This document shows, piece by piece, positions 54,977 to 64,000 of a DNA stretch of 64,000 bases (position 1 is its first letter; each line of letters opens with the position of its first letter). The stretch lies in NCBI RefSeq assembly GCF_009914755.1, contig NC_060933.1. One strand, written 5' to 3'. Origin of the DNA: the human T2T-CHM13v2.0 reference genome, Homo sapiens. Under the pieces are notes generated by a model. The model was not told the origin of the DNA. It searched no databases and saw only the letters and a list, made by a program, of their open reading frames with translations. The translations under genes were made by a program, and so were the position numbers.

Positions 54977-56967
54977 CTTTTGCCACACATCTGCTGCTAT
55001 GCCCACCCATTTAAACACAAACACACACACACACACAGACTTTAAAATCTGAAAACCAAAAATCATTATATTCTGCCTGCTAATTTCTTCAGCTGGAGAA
55101 TACCAACACAATATCAACTTTCTCAAGAAATGAAAAATGTTACCAAAAAGTAACATACATTATCATTTAAACGACGCATAAAATCCAACTTGCCTTTAAG
55201 ATTCATTCATTTTTTAATTGCTATTGTTAATGGTAAAAAAATTAACCATAATAAATTGTTTAGGGTAAAATAAACTGTTCCAGGTTAAAGCACAGTAAGC
55301 TTATAAACTATAACCTTTTATTTGAGTACCAAAGCAGAGTACAAGACTATTTGAGTACTGGAGGAATAATACAAAAAAAACTAACCATCACTACAACCTT
55401 TAATGAAAACATTGTGAAACGATGCAAAACTTCTAGAAATTCATTAGTTTGCCATATATGTGTATATGTATGATGCCTACACCATTTAATACAATTCATA
55501 GGCAAAACACACCAAAACGACTGAGTTAGGCATTATGACATACATTGAATCACAGACATTTGACTATTCAAAACAAGTTACAAGTGACTTCTATTTAATA
55601 GTTTTAGTTTCAAAGCATGATCACTTTTACAAATTTCTATTAGTATAAAAACTGAAAACACAAGAGAGTATCAATACATAACATAGTCCCTTCTAGGAAA
55701 AATATTAAGAAAGAATAAAGTAAATGCTAAGTATCTATCCTTGTGTTTAATTTTTAAATTTACCATTTCTCAGTGTTTCTGATTATTTAATCAATTCCAC
55801 AGCAGCTCTAATAGCAATTTTATCCCACATATATGCTTCAAAAAATGGAAAAGTAATGAAATTCAATTTAAGTTCTGCTCTCAAATCAACTTGTGAATGA
55901 AAATCTAAATCACAGAAAACCTGAGCTATACATGAGTGAAATGCCTCAAAAAAAGTTCTCAGACACTGTAAATAAAATATTAAACCATAACATTATAGTA
56001 TATAATTTACTTAACTGAAAACCTATTATGTAAATGGCATAAGGTCTGAAACTGTCCCAAGACAGCAAAACTCCTATTAACTTCAGAGAGAGTTTATAGG
56101 ACCCAGGAGCTTCACCATCCAAAAGTGTTCAGGCATTTGACACTCATCTGAACAGAAAAAAAAATACAAGTTAGTATTAGAGATTTGCATGGAACCCAGT
56201 TTGGGGAGAGGAGGAATAATTATAAACAAATCTGAGTGCTCTGAGAAAGACTTCTTTCAGAACAAAATATCGTCTTCATTTAAAATAGCAATCACAAGGA
56301 AATGAATTGAAAAAGTTTTTTTAAAATCCCAACTCTTATTTTACAAAATATTAGCCTTAATAGCATTATAATTACCCACCCTGCTCGTTGACAATCTCAA
56401 GAATAATTAGTACTGTCACATTATTCACAAGCTGCTGTGTCAGTTAAATCAATATATGTTTGCTGTTAGAAAGAAGACTATTTGAATAAGCATTTTAAAA
56501 CTGTAAATTTAAAACTTCAATATGTGCAACTACAATAGTACATTATATTTGTTTTAGCACACATTCATTATCAAAACTCTACTGATAAATCTATTAACTA
56601 AAAGTTAAGCTGAAAAAAATGAACAAATTTAGGGGATCTGTAAAACTGGGTTAACGTTAACCAAGAACCTACTATATAAGGACTAATAAGTATTCAAATC
56701 TACAGAGAAAAATAATTTTTAAAAGAAATACTTAAAAAGGAAAAAGTTCTCTCTCCTGAGCAGGTTCAAGTCACTGTCCAAAGAAAATCAAAAAGTAAAT
56801 AAAAAGAATATGTTAAGTACACACATGCCTAGATCTTAACCAGAAAGAAAGTGAAATATACACACGTTTCAAGTTGAGAACCTTCATACATTCTTTATGA
56901 ACTTGACTTGAATTTCAACTCTCAAAGGAAAATGAGGAGATTAAAAAAAAAAAAACTCTTAAAGTAC

Positions 56968-57190
56968 CATAACTGTCACAAATAACACTGTGAACTGAGT
57001 TCTCACAAAGCTTCCTTGTGTCCCTTCCCTGTTCATCACAAAGTCTCATAATCACAATGAAAATTGTTAACACTCTACTGCGGGGAAGGAGGATCATCAA
57101 AGTGAAACGGAACCTCACTACTCCCCCTCCCACCTCCACATGAAGGATAAAGCACTGTCAATAACTACTAACCCAAGTATCACAGATGCC
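56968..57190 (-). other. Candidate alternative or cryptic 5' exon
   Basis: Donor ATG|GTACTT (exon end 56968) followed by a U-tract; possible acceptors start the exon at 57190 or 57154; (UG)21 just upstream. Confidence 0.4.
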
Positions 57191-57211
57191 CTGCATCCGG
57201 TTTAAATCACA

Positions 57212-57213
<2 letters not shown>

Positions 57214-57255
<42 letters not shown>
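57214..57255. repeat. (CA)21 microsatellite
   Basis: Seen directly. Confidence 0.95.
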
Positions 57256-57257
<2 letters not shown>

Positions 57258-58165
57258 AAAGAAGAGAGAGGAGACAGACTTTAAAAAAGAAAAACATCTT
57301 TCCCAGTACAGCAAAGAGGGCCCAACGAACAGGCCCCAGGTTTCAATATGTGTGCAAGGGGTGTGTGGGGGGGGGGAGAAAGAGGGGGAGGGAAGAGTGC
57401 TGAATGGATGTTAAGACTGTTTGCCGCACAAAGAAAATACAGTTTTAAAAAGAAAAAAGAAAACCATGAAGCTGATGATGGTGAAAGAAGAGCAGCCCAT
57501 TCAGCACCAGGCAAAGAGGGGCAAAAATGAAGGGAATGGGCGGTGGGAAAAGTTCACCAACGTATGAGGATTAAAAATAACAAAACCCATAACAAGGCCC
57601 CACAAGTGAACAACAACAACAACAAAACACCACCTCTTGGGTCCCCCCCTTGCACACTGTTGTCTATTTCGGCTTTGAAAGAAGCAGGAAACAGCAGCGT
57701 TGGAAAAGAAGAAAATTAAAGAAAGAACAAATTCTTATCTCTTCACCTGACCCTCCTCCTCAGACCAGACCTAAGGGAAAGATCCAGCATCCGCATCGGA
57801 AAACTGTGGCTCCCTCTCCCGCTCGGCTCGCAGCCCCCCAAGCTCCCGCTCCATCCCTGAAGTGCGGCCGGCGCAGGGCCGGGGCCGGCGGGCGGCGCGG
57901 CGCCCACACCCCCGACCCAGCCGCGGCGCGCAGGGTCCATTGTAAACAAGCCCGGGGAACAGAGCCCCTCGGCGGCGGCGCCGCAGCGGCAGCCCCCGTG
58001 TCAGGAGTGAGACCCCAGCACAGCCACACTCGGCTCGCACACACGAACACACACACGCACGGACACACGCGTTCACACGCAGCCACACGCTCCCACACAC
58101 ATGTAGAGACCGAAGAATATTCACCTTGGCTGTGGATTATTGTGGTGTTGTTGGTGGGTGATGGA

Positions 58166-58230
58166 GATGGTGGTGGTGGGGAGGAGGAGGAGGAAGAGGA
58201 GGAGGAGGAGGAGAGGAGTAGTTGTTGTTG
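58166..58230 (-). repeat. Trinucleotide repeat cluster in exon 1: (CAA)3, (TCC)n, (CCA)n
   Basis: Plus strand TGG, GGA and TTG runs. Confidence 0.92.
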
Positions 58231-58304
58231 ATGGGTAACAGTCGCCAGGACTACGGTGACTATGGCGCTTGATTCACAAGGCAACGGTTGCTATAACTCA
58301 CAAA

Positions 58305-58351
58305 AGAGAGAGAGAGAGGGAGAGAGAGAGAGAGCGAGAGGGAGAGGGAGA
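58305..58351. repeat. (GA)n/(CT)n tract in the 5' leader
   Basis: Seen directly. Confidence 0.92.
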
Positions 58352-59099
58352 CACTCGCACGGGGAGGGGTGGGGGAGGGAAGAGGGGAGGAGGCGGGCCC
58401 GGCCAAGCCGCCGGAAGGGGAGGGCGCAGCGCTGTGACTGACGGCCCCCAAACCCGGGTGGGGTGGCGGGGCGGCGGGGTGACGGGGCACGAGGCCGGGA
58501 TTCCACCGCAGGACTCCGAAGAGGTGCGCCTATGCTTGGCTGGGGCTGAGGTCACCAAGAGTCCTCTCGGAGGGACGTTACTACACGCGCTGGCGAGGCC
58601 CAGGAGTCGTGGTGCGAGGGGTACTATCTGTGAAACGAGGGCTGCCTGTCCCAGCAGCCAGCTTTGTACAGAGACGTCCCGGAGCCACGAGAGAGTAACG
58701 GCTAACCCGGGGGAGGGGGTGGCGAGGGTGATTCCAGGCACTTTGTGAAGAAACGAGCTATGGCGAGGGAAGAATCCACTTTGAAGAGCGGCCCCCGCCC
58801 TGCCCGATACGTTACTTCCGGGGCGGGGCGGGCAGAGGGGCCCGGATGTGCCGCCGCTTTTTAGTTTCTGAGGCGCCGGCGGTGTTCCTGGTAGCGTCAG
58901 CCTCCTGGCTTTTCCTTTTCCTGGACGCTTCAGGGCTCCGCGGCCTGCGCTAGACTGGAGGGTCCGCGTCACTCTCGCCCTCCTGCTTTCCGCGCTCTCA
59001 CCCGCTCCCGCCTCCTGAGGGCACGACTTGTGGAGGAGCGCGGGCGGCGGGGCGTGAGCGAGCTGCCTCTGCCGCCATCTTAGAGAAGGCGAGCGTGGG

Positions 59100-59155
59100 G
59101 TGTGCGTGGGCGCGAGTCGGCCTCCCGCGGTGCCGCCGCAGCGTGGCGCGGAGAG
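59100..59155 (+). ncRNA. RFX3-DT: First exon of divergent lncRNA RFX3-DT (RFX3-AS1); start approximate
   Basis: Strong donor GAG|GTGAGG (GT at 59156-59157) at the distal edge of the CpG island. A divergent lncRNA is known at RFX3 (recall). Confidence 0.65.
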
Positions 59156-60521
59156 GTGAGGTCCAAGCGTGTCCGGCCCTCACTCCATAACGAAAAAGCG
59201 AGGTCATCACTCCCTATCTACAAGGGATGGGAGTAAGTGCCTGTAGAGAGCAAGAAATTGCCCTGCCCGGAGGCTGAGAAAGCGCATTTGGCGGTTCCCC
59301 TCGACGGAAGGCGTAGAGGGGCGGGGTAGCTTACACCTGCCTGCGATACCATCCTGTTAGTTTCTAGTTCTGTTAGTTTCAGCCCTTAAGTGCTCACCCC
59401 TCTTTAAAGACCGAACTGGGAGTTGAGCTCAAGCCCGGATCCTGTTACCTGCCGTGCTCTCATCCCCCGTTACTCAGCCTACTGTAGCTGAGGGTCTTGC
59501 TGTTTGTGGCTGTATTGAGATAGACGAATGGCTTCCGTCTGTGTTGAATGTTGTTAACACAACCTGCCATCTCAAACACCCGTTGATAAGGCACAGCCTG
59601 TAATGCCTCATGGTTCAAACAGACTCCTCCAATTCTCTGCAGACTCGAGTCCAGCAGGCACATGCCCCCAGGCCCTGCCAATACCCAAAATCTCCCAACA
59701 TTTGCCGCTAAGCTGCTTAACCAGGACAATGACATAGTAGAAGTAGAGCCTTAGGAAGTCAGTTCTCCTCTTGAGGCTTAATTTTTGCACCTGCAAGTAA
59801 GGGATTTGGGCCGGCATGCGTTCACCAGCGCTAAAATAATACTGAGCTCATTCTGTGTCCCAGAACTGGTGCTAAGTGTTTTACATACATTATCTCATGT
59901 AATCCCAACAACACCAGTGTTAGGTAATATTCGCATTTGAGGAAAAACAGGCCGAGAGTCCTAAAAGTCGGTGGTTTTAGTTTATGGCTGCGTGCCATAG
60001 AATACAAGGTTACCTTGTTTTAGGAACCAGCTACTTTGGGTACGTTTTTAAAAGTAATATTGTTGCCTTTGATAATCTCATGAGTTAGAGATGTTCTTAC
60101 AATAATAATGTGTTGCAGTAGTGAACAGTGGTGAGCCTAGTGCTAAAGCTAAAAGGTTTCCTGACCCACTGTGGTAGTAAGGGCTTCTAGTCAGACAAAT
60201 GATTGTGTGGTGACCAGTGTGGGTCCCATTTGACATACAGATGGGAAATGAGGTATACGTTCCAGCTTTATGAAAACTGGTAGTCGTTATGAATATTCTC
60301 TTTATTATATTTACTGATAAAGTCCTCATTCCTATAATGGTGTGTAGGGCTGTATGTTCACACTACATGGCTCTCTGAATAGCTTTGTTTTTTTAAATTC
60401 CATTGTCTGTTATAGTTTGCCTGTCCCGTCTTTCATTGTCAGCTGTTGCTTTTTATTTTTGTCAGTGAACATAGTTCTATTATCCTTACCGCCCTTTTAA
60501 TTTATTGCTCTTAATCTGCAG

Positions 60522-60577
60522 GCAAGAAAACCACATAGTGAACCTTGTGCAAAACTGTATCTCAAGAGTATAAATAG
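60522..60577 (+). ncRNA. Candidate 56-nt internal exon of the divergent lncRNA
   Basis: Acceptor TTGCTCTTAATCTGCAG|G and donor TAG|GTACTT. Confidence 0.4.
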
Positions 60578-60651
60578 GTACTTCGAGGGACTATTAAAAA
60601 ATAAGTGCAACCCTTGTGCTAGGACATTATAGAATCAGTTTTAAGCTGCTT

Positions 60652-60685
<34 letters not shown>

Positions 60686-60847
60686 CTTACAGATTTGGTC
60701 TTTTCCAGAGTTAGGAATAGATAAATTTCCTGAAGTTAATTCTTGAAAATTTAGAATTTAGAATATTTTCCCATGTTTTAGGATACTTGATGATGATACA
60801 ATTCTAACCATATTGAGGTTAATATTTGAAATGTTAGTGTTACTGCC

Positions 60848-61233
60848 TGATAGGGTTTGGCTTTGTGTCCCCACCCAACTCTCATGTGAAATCGTAATCC
60901 GAAAGTGTTGAAGGAGGGGCCCTGTGGGAGATGATTGGATCCTGGGGGCAGTTTCTGATGGTTTAGCACCATCCCACTAGTGCTGTTTCAAGAGTGACTT
61001 CTCACGAGATCTGCTTGTTTAAAAATATTTACCACTACCCCTCTCTCACCTGCCACAATGTGAAGAAAGTCCTTGTACCCTTCGCCTTCCGCCATAATGG
61101 TAAGTTTCCGTGAGACCTCCCAGTCATGCTTCCTGTTAAGCCTGCAGAACTGTGAGTCAGTTAAACCTCTTTTCTTCATAAATTACCCAGTCTCCGGCAG
61201 TTCTTTATAGCAGTGTGAAAAGGTACAAATACA
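60848..61233 (+). mobile_element. MSTA-like (ERVL-MaLR) solo LTR
   Basis: TGATAGGGTTTGGCTTTGTGTCCCCACCCAA...AAACCTCTTTTCTTCATAAATTACCCAGTCTC...AATACA; 5-bp flanks CTGCC/CCACC. Confidence 0.88.
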
Positions 61234-62602
61234 CCACCACACTGAATCAGATGACCAAGATACCAGTTCAAGCTATAGAATCGAAAATACGGATTTTATA
61301 TGCATGTATTGTTTAATACTGTAATTAGTTACAAAAGAACCCAGAAACCTTTTAACCCATAGTTATTGCTTGTAGGATTTTTTTTAGCCATTTTTTAAAG
61401 CTGCATAGATGCATCTTCACATATGTTGCATGTATGTTTCAGAAATAAATTATTTGCTAAGAAGTCACAGAAAAGACCCAGTATTGGACCACTCTAACAG
61501 TTATCACCTATTATAGTGCAAAACACACTGTGTGATCAATAAAAAAAGGTACATAACCAAGCTAAAATTGGGCAGACATAGTTCCTGAATGTAAAATGTT
61601 CAACATTATCTATTAATTTAGAATGTTGTGTTTTAACTTGGATTGTTTTTTTCTCTCCGATCAGAATGATTGGAAGAGACATGGAATAACACATTTGTAT
61701 CTGAACTACTTGAAGAAAAATCTGAAGCCCTGATGATATATATAGATTGTGTATTTCATAAGTTACTTTAACACATTCGTAGTGGTAGATTTCTGTATTA
61801 TCTATTAGAGTGTTTTTGCCTATTCATATCTACTCCATATTCAAGGACTAATAAGTTATTTCATTATTATACTTTAAAAAAGAAAGGATGCATATGAAAA
61901 GATAAAATAGTGCTATGTGATAGGCTTGCTTCTGAAAAATAGTATGAGAGTTTGAAAAGTAATGTATGCTGTGGCACCTTATTGTTGAATTTGTGGTGAA
62001 TCTTTTTATGAGAGAAATCACACCTGTTTTAAATTTTTTCATTTGATTATATCCTATTTTCTTCAATTGAGAGAGAGATGTAGAGTCTTGGGTTCTCTTA
62101 TATAAAATGAATGGTTTCATTTGTACCAATATTTATTGAGCACTTATGTGGAATACTGGATAATTTTATTACTCGATTGCTAATTCCCTTTACTAGATCT
62201 GAAATTCTGTGGATATGTGATAATTATTTAAAAATGATAAGAGAGTGATAGGGGCCAAGGTAATTCAAAACTGAACATAATTTGCCACTATTCTCTGGAG
62301 CACCCTCAAGCCTCCCTATCCCCACCTAAAGTATGATTTGGTTTTGAAAACAGTGCAATAATTTTTTCTGGTAGATTTGTCTTTCTGTGTTTTCTTTAAG
62401 TAATACAAACCAGCTGATTACTCGGCAGTTCTGAAGAGTGTGTGTGGCTATGTGTACACACGTTTGTGTGCATGTGTATGTCTTGGAATTACATTTTTAC
62501 TCCAGCACAGAAAGATGATTATAGAATCATAAGTTGACTACCTTTGCTTAACACCAAATTACCTTTTGATGTACACATGCAGCTTTAAAAAAAAAAGTCT
62601 GG

Positions 62603-62896
<294 letters not shown>

Positions 62897-62951
62897 TAGT
62901 CTGGAAACAATTCAAATGTATATCAATAGGAGGATGGGAAGACAAATTGTG

Positions 62952-63245
62952 GGCCCAGCACAATGACTTAACACCTGTAATCCCAACACTCTGGGAGGCC
63001 AAGCCATGAGGATCACTGGAGGCCAGGAGTTTGAGACTAGCCTGAGCAACATAGCGAGACTCTGTCTTTACAAAAAAAAATTAAAACTTAGCTGAGCATG
63101 TTGGCACATGCCTGGAGTCCCAGCTACTTGGGAGGCTGAGGCAAGAGAATTGCATGAATCCAGGAGTTCAAGGTTGCAGTGAGCCGTGATCACACCACTG
63201 TACTTCAGCCTGGGTGAGAGCAAGACCTTGTCTTTAAAAAGTAAA
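62952..63245 (+). mobile_element. AluJ inserted into an old L1 3' fragment (about 62897-63520)
   Basis: TSD ACAAATTGTG on both sides; flanks join into L1M text (AATGTATATCAATAGGAGGATGG...AAATTGTGATAC). Confidence 0.88.
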
Positions 63246-63519
63246 AGAGTAAAACAAATTGTGATACAGTCATACGATGGAGTATTATTGAGCAAGTCAA
63301 AGGAAAGGACTGCTGATACAACACGGACAAATCTCAAAAACATTGCATTTGGCAAAAGAAGCCAGACACAGAGTACATAGCATATGAATCCATTTATATA
63401 AAATTTAAGAACAGGAAAAAGTAATCTGTGTTTAGTATCTTCTTATGGCAGAGGCAGTAGGTTGGGATTTTAGTGGAAAGGATTATGAGGGAACATGGTA
63501 GGATGGTGAAAATGTTCTG

Positions 63520-63705
63520 CACTGTCTCAGCTGCACTAATGACATATAGCTATTAAAATCTATTAATTAAAACAAAATTCATTTCCACTGTCACATTAGC
63601 TACATTTTAAATGTTCAATAGCCACATGTGGCTACTGCCTACTAAGTTGGACAGTGCAAATACAGACTTCTGTTATCTCAGAAGTTCTACTAGAGAGTTC
63701 TAGTC
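63520..63705. mobile_element. MER3/MER33-like hAT-Charlie fragment
   Basis: CACATTAGCTACATTTTAAATGTTCAATAGCCACATGTGGCTACTG...TTGGACAGTGCA. Confidence 0.72.
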
Positions 63706-64000
63706 TAGACCTTGTTTTATGCACATGTTTACATTTTTCAAAATTGTAATTAATATGCATTGTATGCCAGTAATACCTGCCCCCAAACCCTATAAATCAT
63801 TAATAGAATTTTTATTACTCTATTTTAATCTACTAATTAGCCCATGTTTTCCATAATATTTTTGTTCAACCCTGGGGAGAAAGGATAAATAGTAAAATTC
63901 TTGGCAAATTTTCAAATATGTAATTGTGACATACAATAGATAGCATTGATTTTCCGCTCCAAAAAATGAGTTCTGCTGCTTTATAATTTTGAATGCATCT

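Larger units (their letters stand above)
58125..58380 (-). other. RFX3: RFX3 first exon (annotated as 5' UTR, from recall); 3' boundary exact, TSS approximate
   Basis: Lies in the CpG island. Minus strand reads ...CCCACCAACAACACCACAATAATCCACAGCCAAG|GTGAAT (GT at 58124-58123), which I recognise as the RFX3 5' leader. Gene identity is from memory, not a database search. Confidence 0.85.
57780..59330. promoter_or_regulatory. CpG island, bidirectional promoter (RFX3 / divergent lncRNA)
   Basis: Sharp rise in GC and CpG density against an AT-rich background. ETS/GABP site ACTTCCGG at 58814-58821, GC boxes at 58820-58832, perfect YY1 site GCCGCCATCTT at 59071-59081, outward-facing splice donors on both strands. 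Confidence 0.93.

Noticed and set aside
57650-58972. Long CpG-island ORFs (193, 159, 224, 117 aa; unspliced 174 aa)
   Set aside because: Stop-poor GC-rich and microsatellite DNA, mostly non-ATG starts, no recognisable domain. Only the exonic part of the 174-aa frame is kept as a hypothesis.

Overview
Primate (most likely human) genomic DNA: AT-rich, rich in Alu/L1/LTR/DNA-transposon remnants, with one CpG island at about 57.8-59.3 kb. I recognise it from memory as the 5' end of RFX3 (9p24.2, minus strand). The first exon ends at a splice donor at 58125, positions 1-58124 are the large first intron, and a divergent + strand lncRNA (RFX3-DT/RFX3-AS1) starts at about 59.1 kb. No annotated RFX3 coding exon is visible, and the long ORFs in the track are repeat artefacts. 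Main points: (1) exon 1 carries a CUG in ideal Kozak context opening a 41-codon Q/S/P-rich frame that exits in phase 1, and two further candidate 5' exons (ending at 56968 and 21192) also carry open ATG frames exiting in phase 1, suggesting alternative RFX3 N-termini; whether these join the main ORF depends on an exon outside the window; (2) RFX X-box motifs in exon 1 and intron 1 suggest autoregulation; (3) a 472-bp near-identical templated insertion copied from 4.6 kb away into an old L1; (4) a roughly 2-kb AT-rich, hairpin-prone compound minisatellite; (5) a sense-oriented LTR13 solo LTR. Repeat subfamily calls are by eye and need RepeatMasker confirmation.
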